From contig NC_057744.1 of NCBI RefSeq assembly GCF_004010195.1, positions 18,789,107 through 18,853,106 of the forward strand: 64,000 bases of DNA, written 5' to 3'. Source of the stretch: Chiloscyllium plagiosum. Lineage: Eukaryota. Position numbers and translations under genes: made by a program. The notes beneath the pieces were generated by a model, which saw only the letters and a list, made by a program, of their open reading frames with translations, was not told where the DNA came from and did not search any database. Shown here one piece after another: positions 37,790 through 49,600 of this stretch (its first letter is position 1; every line of letters begins with the position of its first letter).

Positions 37790-40555
37790 AGATCGATTTA
37801 CAATACAGCATCACTGAAGAAACTCCACAAGACAGGTGAAATTAACAAGACAGACCTCCAAACAATGAAACCCGAAGGATCCAACACACCCATTTCTACA
37901 GATTACCAAATGTACACAAACCAGGGGGTCTCCCTCAGACCCATAGTGTCACTTCCGAGCACACCAACATACAGACGAGCAAAGGAACCTCAAAGTAAAC
38001 TGAAATACCTAATAGGACGACGAGATCATGGTTTCCTTCGATACAACAGCCCTATTCACATCAATAAGCATCACCCTAGCCAAAGAAACACTGGCTGCAC
38101 TACTAGATAAACCAGAGACATAAATACTAGACAACACCAATACCATCAGCGAGGACAGCACCCTCAAAATAGTAGACCTGTACCTCACAACCCACTTTAC
38201 CTTCAACAACAAGACCAACAAACAAATCAACAAATTAAATTCTTTGAGGAGGTGACCAAGCATGTGGATGAGGGTAGAGCAGTGGATGTAGTGTACATGG
38301 ATTTTAGTAAGGCATTTGATAAGGTTCTCCATGGTAGGCTTATGCAGAAAGTCAGGAGGCATGGGATAGTGGGAAGTTTGGCCAGTTGGATAGAGAACTG
38401 GCTAACCGGTCGAAGTCAGAGAGTGGTGGTAGATGGTAAATATTCAGCCTGGAGCCCAGTTACAAGTGGGGTTCTGCAGGGATCAGTTCTGGGTCCTCTG
38501 TTGTTTGTAATTTTTATTAATGACTTGGATGAGGGAGTCGGAGGGTGGGTCAGTAAATTTGCAGATGATATGAAGATTGGTGGAGTTGTGGATAGTGAGG
38601 AGGTCTGTTGTCGGCTGCAAAGGGACTTAGATATGATGCAGAGCTGGGCTGAGGAGTGGCAGATGGTGTTCAACCCTACCAAGTGTGAGGTTGTCCATTT
38701 TGGAAGGACAAATAAGAATGCGGAATACAGGGTTAACAGTAGGGTTCTTACTAAGGTGGAGGAGCAGAGGGATCTTGGGGTCTATGTTCATAGATCTTTG
38801 AAAGTTGCCACTCAAGTGGATAGAGATTCTAAAAAGGCCTATGGTGTATTAGCGTTCATTAGCAGAGGGATTGAATTCAAGAGTCGTGAGGTGATGTTGC
38901 AGCTGTATAGGACCTTGGTAAGGCCACATTTGGAGTACTGTGTGCAGTTCTGGTCGCCTCATTTTAGGAAAGATGTGAAAGCCTTGGAGAGGGTGCAGAG
39001 GAGATTTACCAGGATGTTGCCTGGAATGGAGAATAAGTCTTACGAGGATAGGTTGAGAGTGCTAGACCTTTTCTCATTGGAATGGCGAAGGATGAGGGGT
39101 GACTTGATAGAGGTTTATAAGATGATGAGGGGAATAGATAGAGTAGACAGTCAGAGACTTTTTCCCCAGGTAAAACAGAGTGTTACAACGGGACATAAAT
39201 TTAAGATGAAGGGTGGAAGGTATAGGGGGGATGTCAGGGGTAGGTTCTTTACTCAGAGAGTGGTGGGGGCACGGAATGTGCTGCCTGTGGGAGTGGCAGA
39301 GTCAGAATCATTGGTGACCTTTAAATGGCAATTGGATAGGTACATGGATAGGTGCTTAAGCTAGGACAAATATTCGGCACAACATTGTGGGCTGAAGGGC
39401 CTGTTCTGTGCTGTATTGTTCTATGTTCTATGTAACAGGACATCCATCGTATCACCAATATCAGGATTCTTGGCAGAAGCAGTTATGCAGAGGTTGGAAC
39501 GAACAGCCCTCCCCAAGATCCAACCCAAGTTTTGGGTCCGCTATGTGGATGACACCTTTGTTATCATGAAATGGAACAAATAAGAAGAAACCCACAAAGA
39601 CAAACAACATTCTTACTGGTATAAAGTTCACCAAAGAGGAAGAAAACAAAAACAGATTCCCCTTCCGAGATGTCACAGTAGAGTGAAAAGCCAATGGAGA
39701 GCTGCAGACCAGTGTCTATAGGTAAGCGACACTCGTAGACCAGATACTCAACTACAGGAGCAATCATCCCAACACTCACATTCAGAGCTGCATCAGGACA
39801 TTATTTAAATGAGCCACAACATACTGCTGCACCCAGGAACTACAAGATGCTGAAAACACCTATACAACGTATTCAAGAACAATGGGTACCCGACAAGCAC
39901 AGTCCGCTAATTCTTACACAACAAATCTAAACAAGAAGACACAACACACCCAGAGACTCTAGCCACACTACCATACATTAAAGACATCTCGGAGATGATG
40001 ACGAAACTACTCCAGCCCTTTGGCATCATGGCAGCCCACTGAAACAGCTCTCGACGAATCTAAAGGGCCCTGAACCAACAACCAGCAGAACGAGCGTCAT
40101 TTACAAAATTCCCTGCAAGGACTGCAAAAAACATTACATTAGGCAGACTAGCAGGAAATTAGCCACCAGGATACACGAGCACAGACTAACCACCAAAATA
40201 ATGAGCAACTATCACTAGTATCCTTAGACGCAGACGATGAGGGACACCAGTTCGACTAGGACGATACATCCATCTTGGGCAGGCTAAACAAAGACACGCA
40301 CAGGAATTCTTAGAGGCCTGGCATTCAAACTGGAACTCCATCAACAAACACCTTGATTTGGACTCCATTTACCAACCTCTCAGAAAAAGAACTGGAAGTG
40401 ATATGACCCACCACAACAGACCACTACACGCAAATAGAAAACTGGACTGAACACCAGCACTTCAACGGAGGCTCACTCATGATGTTACCTAGCATGGTGA
40501 TGAAACATCTGAAAGCAAATCTTCCAGCTCAGCTAGAAAACTTTGAACCCGAATA
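37790..40555 (+). mobile_element. Decayed Penelope-like retroelement (RT plus GIY-YIG endonuclease), interrupted by a CR1
   Basis: LRPIVSLPSTPTY at ~37935, THFTFNNK...QIN at ~38190-38230, SPISGFLAEAVMQRLE and FWVRYVDDTFVI at ~39450-39565, and SVIYKIPCKDCKKHYIRQTSRKLATRIHEH (GIY-YIG) at ~40093-40183. Degenerate hammerhead-like core at ~40473-40512. Confidence 0.88.
38233..39433 (+). mobile_element. Young 5'-truncated CR1 LINE with an open RT C-terminal ORF (38252-39364, 370 aa)
   Basis: YMDFSKAFDKV, GVLQGSVLGPLLF and KFADD motifs, no stops, (GTTCTAT)n tail, AACA duplication. Confidence 0.95.
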
Positions 40556-41214
40556 TAAAACGCATTGGCGTAATTTACCTTTCTGAGTATGTACAATAAC
40601 AATTTCTCTTTATCAGTTAGCTCAATGGAATGGTTAGGATGTATTGACAGCTAATTCAATGAATACTGTGTGGCAGATAAATTTATCAGATAAAAACTTA
40701 ACCATTCAGCCCACTGAGTCGATACTATTTTATGAGCATCTCTCCATCTGTGGAGAGGAAAACAGAGTTAACATTTTGAAACCTATGGGTCTCTTCTTCA
40801 GAACAAGATTAACTATGTTTCTCTCTCTCTAGATGCTCCTAGACCTGAGTTTCTTGAGCAATTTGTTTTTACCCCTTTTTTTTCTAAATGTTTCCTGACA
40901 GTCTTTCCTTTTAAAACTCCTTCAATCAATTTTGCATCTTTAGCTTTTGCAACACTTTCACAGTTGCACTTAAGTTGAATTCCAAGGTTATGTTCCTTTA
41001 TTCTAGTCTTCCCCAAAAAAGAGTTCCTCCATTAAACATTGTGGGGCTTGTGAATAAAAACCTTCAATTTCATTTTCAAATAACATAATTATACCAAAAC
41101 TCCCCATAGCTCAATTCCTTAGTCACAGATGTTATTTTTGCTATAACCATTCATCAAATTTGGACATCACTAGCAAGGCAGTATTTGTTGTCCTTCCCTA
41201 AAAAATCCTTTTTC

Positions 41215-41694
41215 AAAGGACTAGTGAAGAAGGCGTTTGGTATGCTTGCCTTTATTGGTCAGAGTATTGAGTACAGGAGTTGGGAGGCCATGTTGTGGCT
41301 GTACAGGACGTTGGTTAGGCAACTGTTGGAATATTGTGTGCAGTTCTGGTCTCCATCCTATTGGAAAGATGTTGTGAAACTTGAAAGAGTTCAGAAAAGA
41401 TTTACAAGGATGTTGCCAGGGTTGGAGGACCTGAGCTACAGGGAGAGGCTGAACAGACTGGGGCTGTTTTCCCTGGAACGTCGGAGGCTGAGGGGTGACC
41501 TTATAGAGGTTTACAAAATTATGAGGGGCATGGACAGGATAAATAGACAAAGTGTTTTCCCTGGGGTTGGGGAGTCCAGAACTAGAGGGCATAGGTTTAG
41601 GGTGAGAGGGGAAAGATATAAAAGAGACCCAAGGGGCAACCTTTTCACACAGAGGGTGGTACGTGTATGGAATGAGCTGCCAGAGGATGTGGTG
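41215..41694 (+). mobile_element. CR1 LINE 3' part running into the gap
   Basis: KKAFGMLAFI...LEYCVQFWSP...WNELPEDVV. Confidence 0.92.
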
Positions 41695-42351
41695 NNNNNN
41701 NNNNNNNNNNNNNNNNNNNNNNNNNNNNNNNNNNNNNNNNNNNNNNNNNNNNNNNNNNNNNNNNNNNNNNNNNNNNNNNNNNNNNNNNNNNNNNNNNNNN
41801 NNNNNNNNNNNNNNNNNNNNNNNNNNNNNNNNNNNNNNNNNNNNNNNNNNNNNNNNNNNNNNNNNNNNNNNNNNNNNNNNNNNNNNNNNNNNNNNNNNNN
41901 NNNNNNNNNNNNNNNNNNNNNNNNNNNNNNNNNNNNNNNNNNNNNNNNNNNNNNNNNNNNNNNNNNNNNNNNNNNNNNNNNNNNNNNNNNNNNNNNNNNN
42001 NNNNNNNNNNNNNNNNNNNNNNNNNNNNNNNNNNNNNNNNNNNNNNNNNNNNNNNNNNNNNNNNNNNNNNNNNNNNNNNNNNNNNNNNNNNNNNNNNNNN
42101 NNNNNNNNNNNNNNNNNNNNNNNNNNNNNNNNNNNNNNNNNNNNNNNNNNNNNNNNNNNNNNNNNNNNNNNNNNNNNNNNNNNNNNNNNNNNNNNNNNNN
42201 NNNNNNNNNNNNNNNNNNNNNNNNNNNNNNNNNNNNNNNNNNNNNNNNNNNNNNNNNNNNNNNNNNNNNNNNNNNNNNNNNNNNNNNNNNNNNNNNNNNN
42301 NNNNNNNNNNNNNNNNNNNNNNNNNNNNNNNNNNNNNNNNNNNNNNNNNNN
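41695..42351. other. Assembly gap (657 N)
   Basis: Run of N. Confidence 1.
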
Positions 42352-42421
42352 TCAACCCACTCCCCCCGATAAACCGTCCGGACCCTCACCAGTAAACGGT
42401 GCCCACTCCCTCCCTCCCTAG

Positions 42422-42737
42422 CTACGGTTCTCCCGGTCCCCCCGGTAAACGGTCCGGACTCTCCCGTTCACCCCGGTAAACGGTCCGGACTCTCCCGGTT
42501 CCCCCGGTAAACGGTCCGGACTCTCCCGGTCCCCCCGGTAAACGGTCCGGTCTCTCCCGTTCCCCTCGGTAAACGGTCCGGACTCTCCCGTTCACCCCGA
42601 TAAACGGTCCGGTCTCTCCCGGTCCCCCCGGTAAACGGTCCGGACTCTCCCGTTCACCCCGATAAACGGTCCGGACTCTCCCGGTCCCCCCGGTAAACGG
42701 TCCGGACTCTCCCGGTCCCCCCGGTAAACGGTCCGGC
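42422..42737. repeat. 31-bp GC/CpG-rich minisatellite, ~10 copies
   Basis: G(G/A)TAAACGGTCCGG recurs at 42444, 42475, 42506, 42537, 42568, 42599, 42630, 42661, 42692 and 42723. Confidence 0.95.
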
Positions 42738-42849
42738 CACATCAGTGAACAATGGGCTCGGGGACTGTGTTGTGGTGAACACTCTCCGGGATTGAGGCGA
42801 TGGTTTTTGTTTCTCTCCGTCCTTGAGCGAACAGCCCTTTATTTCGATG

Positions 42850-43036
42850 ATATTTTATTTCCCGCCAGTTCAGATGATTTTTTTCCCCATTCTCACCTCC
42901 TCAGACGTGACTTATTTTAGTCTGTTTCTTGCCGATGAATAATCGCAAGGTCCAGCCCATCCCCTTTAAGGTGGGTCGCCCTTTCCCTTTAAGCGGTTGC
43001 CTAGTGACAGAGGCGGGAGTCCCTTAGTAGGTGAGT
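42850..43036. promoter_or_regulatory. Putative bidirectional CpG-rich promoter and non-coding first exons of ANAPC13 (-) and THYN1 (+)
   Basis: Lies between the divergent genes and is CpG-enriched. Minus-strand donor GAG|GTGAGA at 42897/42896 and plus-strand donor TAG|GTGAGT at 43030/43031. RFX X-box-like GTTGCCTAGTGAC at 42996-43008, E2F-like TTTCCCGCC at 42858 and GGCGGGA at 43012, and two CCCTTTAAG motifs. Confidence 0.65.
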
Positions 43037-44449
43037 GGAATGGAGGCTGCTAACCTCACAACCTTTAAAAAGTACATTTACAGTAAAATGTAACATACAA
43101 GGGTGTGGCTGGAGTAGTTTTGGTTTAGTTTTGATGGGCTGAATGGCCTTCTCTATGGTTCTGTGAAATGTGGGTACCAGGAGCATGGCCAGCATTTGTT
43201 GGTCATCTCTAATTTCCGTTTAACTTGATATTTCATAGGGATTTTTGTCTGTAAGGACAATATGTTTCTTTTCACTAAATAGTTTAATGGACAGATTTAT
43301 AATCAGTAAGGGAATCGAGGGTCATGAGGAAAATGGAGTTGAGGAACATCAGATGAGCCTCATTGAATGGTGAAGCAAACTTGATGGGCTGAATGGACTA
43401 CTTCTGCTCCTACATATTATGGTCTTGTTGTCTTAAAACTCCATCTGGTTCACCAATGGTAATTTAATTGAACCATTCCTGATACTAGCTTTCAATTCCA
43501 GATTGTAAAACCCTATTAGATTAATTTAAACATAAGTTCCAACAGTTGCTGTGTTGTCCAACACATTAACCCAGATCTCTGGATCTACAGACAAATAATA
43601 TTAGTTTACCACCACCCTCCAGGAATGGTTATGTTCAGCATCTGTGGGCATTTGTACTAAAGACAACTGGATTGTTAGGATAATACATCCGAGGTTCCCG
43701 ATGATTGACATTAATAGCAAGCAACACTGTTTATAGTAGAATGCCTCAACCTCAATGGTTTTTGCTCAGTTCATCTGCACAAGCCTTCAGTTTTACTGAA
43801 GGAAGGAATCCAATGTGTGTTCAAAAATAGTAGTGTTTATGAAAATAAATATTTTACAAATTGCTCCTGAGCATCCCTCCACCTATTGTTCATGGCAACC
43901 AACAGTGCTAAGGGAAATTTAGAAAATTAGTAAAAATATTGGAAATTTGTAGTAAAAAGATAAAATACTAGAAGTGCACACATTTTTTGAAAGTTACGTT
44001 GAGGAAACTTTTTGTTCTTTAGCATTAACATTTTTGCTTTCTTTTAAGTAATAATTTTAATAAATGAGGATTGGCTGAGCATTTTCTTCAAGAAGACTTT
44101 GAAAGACTGAGATTTCAAGTAACAAAGAACAGAGTTCCACTTAACAGTACCTTTGACAAACTGAGGGTGGCCAAAAGTGCTGAACAAAGGATACAAACAC
44201 GGCACGTCTATGTATATTCCCAATGATAGTCGATTGAACTAGTTTACATTTGCTAACTTTGAATGGAAAACTGAAGGAGAGAAATGTTATGTTTGAAATG
44301 AAATTGATGTGTAGTCTGATGTAACAACAGTACGTCAAATATCATAAGAATTCAAAGGATTAAATTTTCTTTACTGCAGTAATCCCACAGTTGCCTATGT
44401 TTCTTGTTTGCCATACTGGAATCTTGTGATTGGTGTTGACATTGACTTA

Positions 44450-44870
44450 TCCAAGGAGATTTACCAGGATGTTGCTGGGAATGGAGGGTTTGAGATGTAA
44501 AAATAGATTGGCAAGACTGGGACTTTTTTCACTGGCGCGTAGGAAGTTGAGAAGTGTTCTTATTGAGATTTATAGAATCATGAGCGGCATAAACAGGGGT
44601 CTTTTTCCTAGGGTAGGGGGGTTCAAAACAAGGGGGATATTTTTAAGGTGAGACAAGAAAAAATTGTATGTGGGTTAACTGCCAGAGAAAGTGGTAGAAG
44701 CAGGTGTACTTGTAATATTTAAAAGACGTTTGGATAAGTTTGTGAATAGAATAAGGTTGGAAGGATATGGGCCAAGCGCACAGGCAAGTGGGACTAGTTT
44801 AGTTTGGGAACATTAATGGCATGGACAGGTTGGACCGAAGGGTCTGTGTCCATACTGTGTGGCTCTGTTA
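44450..44870 (+). mobile_element. CR1 LINE 3' fragment
   Basis: RRFTRMLLGMEGL...LGLFSLARRKLR. Confidence 0.85.
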
Positions 44871-46623
44871 CTATGTTGTTGGGAATATACAAAGTCGTTG
44901 CACCATGTTTGTATCCACTGTTCAACAACTGTTCATTCTTGGTGAAATTTCATGCTTATTTGGACCTGAAACAACTACCTCCATCTTCAATACAAAATGC
45001 TGAATAGAAACAGTAAGAGCAATGTGTGACAATAAAATCATGCAGAACTACCTTTCCAGATCCAAGCCCTGAATTTGAGTTTCTGTGGGACTAGAATGAT
45101 AAGCTGTGAAGAAGTATTTTGCAGAGCACAACCATTTGTGGAACAAGTTAAACAATTTTACTGCTGACCAGCTGCAAATCCTCTGTCAGAGGAGCCAGTC
45201 TCAGTGGAAGCATTTAGTGTCAAGGTGTACAGTGAATTTGCATTATCTGCCTTTCAAAACAAAAATTGGGAAGTTGTCCAATTCTCAGAATGTTGTGAAT
45301 TCTTTGGCTTTCTTGCTAACATTACTGTCTTGAAAAAATAAAAATTGGAGTATTGAATCATTGTGAATGAAAACCAGATTGTTCTATCTTTGACATAAAT
45401 TTTGACAAAATTTTGACTTCTTTGACATAAATTTTCCTGATTTGCCTTCCACCACAATAAAAGAAAAGAACTTCTGAATATTGTCAAGCTTTTATCAAAA
45501 TGTTTTACAATTGAGTGATTTCAGTTTTCAACTGGATTTCGGGGTACGTTTTCTCAAACTTTGGTTGCTGTAAGAGTGTGCTTGTGTATCTGCTGAATAT
45601 ACCTTTGGCTGATAGCAGGTATGGTCTCTGGCTCAGGATTTTGTTTTTTCCTCTATCATCAATCAAGAATGCCTTTGTACTTGACTAAGATTTTGATTGA
45701 ATATATTCATTGTTAAAACATTGGACTGCAGTGATCTTGTGAAAAGGTTTCCAGCAATAGGACTATGGAAATGTTGGCATAATCAGCCACTCAACTTCCT
45801 ATGCCTGATCTAGATTCCCCAGTTGGTTCTCTAGACCCATTGTTTCCTGAAGTCAGCTTTACCACAAATGGATCTTGATCCCACAATCTTTACCTCCCTT
45901 AATTGTGGCTTTGGCCATCAGACAATTAATATAAAGTACATATTCATTTTAATTGATTAATTAATTCATTATAAATCAAAGTGATAGCTGTTAAGTTTGA
46001 ACAATCTGTCTGATCAATAAAATATATGTGCCTTAGTTATTATGAGTAGTCAGTTGTTTTCCATATTGGAATCTTGATTTTATTGCATTAGTTGATTGGT
46101 TCTATGTGCTTTCCTGAAGTATTCAGTGAATCTGAACAAATGTTTTCTGGATTCACATTAAAGCCTGAGAGACTTGCTGGGAAAATAACAAATTTTGATG
46201 GTTTTTGTTAAAGTGGTCCATTGCTGTTTGGGATTTGGTGAACCTCTGTATTAGAGAATCAGTGACATGTTTGTCACAGTGCTACCACAAATATGTGATG
46301 ATGTGTTTTTTAACATGATTTGTAAACAAACAACTTTAACAGCACCTTCAAAATGTGCTCTATAATTGATGATGAACATTGACTAATGGGTTTCAAATCA
46401 ATATTGTGGTTTAATAGTATTTTTATTACAATCTCCATATAACCAAATTGTCTAATGTTTTAAGCATTTTATGCAGATACTGATGTTGGGGAACATGTTT
46501 TCTTGTTCTGGAAATTCAATGCAATTTTAACAGCCAAGCTAACTTACTTACAACTGCAGTGTTTCATTGGCAATATTATATATTTTTCTCATTATAGGAT
46601 ACAAAAAAGTTGAAAAGACAAAG

Positions 46624-46666
46624 ATGTCTCAAAAAAACAAAAAACGTGGTGGAAATGGAAAATCAA
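46624..46666 (+). CDS. THYN1: THYN1 coding exon 1 (MSQKNKKRGGNGKS); exon starts at acceptor 46598
   Basis: ttctcattatag acceptor, ATG at 46624, basic N-terminus, phase-1 donor A|gtaata matching the next exon. Confidence 0.8.
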
Positions 46667-49600
46667 GTAATACTTTTTCCTATGTTTTGCCAATGATTCT
46701 ATGTTCATTGATGATGGTTAATGCAATGGCTTTACAATGGAGGAGCATCGTGAGTGATGTATTGTGATCTGTAGTGAGTGGTGAAGCTTTTAACAGAGTC
46801 ATTCTAAGAGTTTCCCTATTTGCTAAATTATGGGGAATGTTCGTGTTTGTGAACTTGATATAATTTTCTGTTACTTCCTTCCATGTTGCTCTGTTCTTGA
46901 ATCCACTAATCCTTTGCTTGAGTGTAGCTGCAGAGTTTGGAACATCTCTATCCCACATCCCTCATTAAGATGATAATTATTCAGCATCACCTGATAGTGA
47001 AAGTCAGCAGGATATTTATAGAGGATTGGCTTTACATCTGGGATCACTCTTCCGTTTGATATTCACACAGATGTTTGGGTGCAGTGTGGTATTGGTAGGA
47101 TAAAGAAACCCCTTCAACAACAACAACAACAATTTGTATTTGTGGGCCTCTGTGTGTTCTAAAGCCACATGTTGCATTTCACTCAAAATCCTAAATAATC
47201 TTGGCCTTTACTGTCAACTATTACTGGCTAAATTCACTGAATAATCAGGTCACGAGCATGGATGCTTTTCTTGGAAAGCTTTGCGGTATGATTTATGGAT
47301 AGATCTTGGTGTACTTGCAGAGTGGTGTGATGTGACTGAATGTGAGTTCATGGTTGTAATTTTCAATACAGAAAGTTCACACTCGGAGGGGTATATGTGT
47401 TAATGATGACTATGCACATTAATTTGGATTGGGGAAATTACGAGATTTGTTGGCACCCAGAATGCAAAAGCAGCAGTTTAAATCTCAACACTTTACCTTT
47501 ATACTTGAGGCAATCTCATATCACATCAAGTTCTCTTCCCTTGTCACCCACATGCTCATTGATCTACATTGCAGCAATGATCAACCAGCAGCCGGTGGAA
47601 ACATTTGTGTCCTTTTGTTTTCAAATATCTCAAAGGTCTTGACCCTTTATGCCTCTGTAACTTCCTCAGCTCCAATTCTTCTGTGATCTTTGTGCTGCTG
47701 TAGTTCTGGCCTCTTGTACATTCTTAATTTTAGTTAGTTCACTGGTGGCTGTGCCTTTAGCTGTCTATGCCCTAACTTCTTGAATTCCTTTAAATCTTCA
47801 ACTCTCAAAGGAAATAGGGACTTGAAATCTTTGATCAAGTATTTAACCATCTGCCTTGTTCTCCTTGGAAAAAAAGGAAACTGATGGGAGATTTGATGGG
47901 GATGTACAGTGTTATGACAGACTTGGATATGGTAGTCAAGGAAAATGTGTTCCCATTAGTTGATTATATAAAAACTATGGAATGCAGATTTAAGATGTTG
48001 GCAAGGAATTACAGAATCCGAGAATTGTTACAGTGCAGAAGGAAGCCATTCAGTTCATCTTGTCCACTCTAGCTTTTTGAATGAACAGTTCAGTGGCATT
48101 CTTCTGCTCTTGCTCAGTAACCCTGCATATTTTTTTTCAAGTAACCATGTAATTCCCAAATGAATGTTTCAATTGATTTGGCTGTTTGCTCTTAGACAGT
48201 GCATTCCAGGTCTTAACTACTTTATATTTGAAAAAGGATTCTCTTATATTATGTTTGCTTTTTTGTCAGTTACGTAATCTATCCATCTGATTCCTAATCC
48301 TGTCAAGAGTGAAAACAGTCTCCCTCTATCTACTTTGTCCAGTTGTCTCATCATTTTGAATACCTTTACTAAATGTCTTCTAGACCTCCTTTCCTCCCAT
48401 GTTTCTCCAAAGTGTCTTCATAACTGAAATTCTTTAACTCTAGAACCACTCTTGTGAAACTTTTTTGCACTGTCTTCAAAACAAGAAGAGGATATATTGG
48501 AAGGGCCCTCTTGTGGTACAGTGGTAGTGTCCATACCCCTGGATCGGGATGCCCAGGTTAAAGTCCTACCTACACCAATGGTGTGTAATAACATCTTTGA
48601 GCAGATGTTATTACACACAAATAGGTTAAAAAAATATTAAGAGGCTACTTGTGGCACAGTGAAGATGTTTCTACCTATGAGCCAGGTGGCCTGGGTTCAA
48701 AACCCATCAGCTCCAGAGTTGCACAATTACATCTCCAAACTGGACTTTTTGGAAGCTTTCGAGAGTAAGAGCCACAACTGAACAACACTGGAACTTATTA
48801 AATAAAATTTTTTGAACTGTTTTTAAAAAAAGGTACATTGGAGGGGTCTTGTGGGTCTTGTGAACTGCCTCTGGAGCAGGAGGCCTGGGGTCATGTCCCA
48901 TATGCACCTAGCTGTGTAGTAACATCTCTGGACAGATTGATTAGAAAATATGAAAAAAAGGATATATTGCAGTAAGTTGGCAATTGATTCAGAAGCACGG
49001 GTGATTTAACGGTGGAGGATGAATATTTGCATCAATGCAAATTTAACTATATTGCTTGTGAAATTTGAATTCACTTAATAAATTTGTAATTTTTTAAAAA
49101 TGTGGGTATATTGGTGGAATGGGACAGACTAGTGTGCTTTACAGAGAGTTGGCCTGGATTCGGAGAACCGAGCATCATCCTCCACTGCCATAAATGACTT
49201 ATGAACTCGTGGTAACACTTCAATATACTGCATCTGAAACTTGTATTGAATCATAGAATGGCTAAAGCATGGAAGAAGAGCACTTGACCCATCCTGTCTA
49301 TGTCAGCCTCCTGTAGAAGAGTTAGTTAATCTCACCCCCCTCCTCTTTCCAGGTAGTCCTGCAAGTAATTCCTTTTCAAAACCTTAACCAACTCTCATTT
49401 TTGTAGGTCCCAATTTTACCTGCCTCCACCACAAATTCCAGTACATATACTTCTCAAGAGCTTATTCATTTATTTACTCTTCTGTCTATATCTCTGAATT
49501 TAGTTGAGGACTCAGGGCAATTGTCTGCTCAGTGTATGCCACTGTGTCAACACCTCTGATTGGTCTGTTCCATCAGTAAGTCAGGACACACTCAGTATGG

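Noticed and set aside
41511-42421. Long ORFs spanning the second gap
   Set aside because: Artefacts of N runs; the only real part is CR1 RT sequence.
42422-42737. CRISPR-like regular spacing
   Set aside because: Units are contiguous with no unique spacers, and the context is eukaryotic with no cas genes.
42422-42742. 106-aa Gly/Pro/Arg-rich repetitive ORF
   Set aside because: Translation of a 31-bp minisatellite whose period is not a multiple of 3; no splice or homology support.
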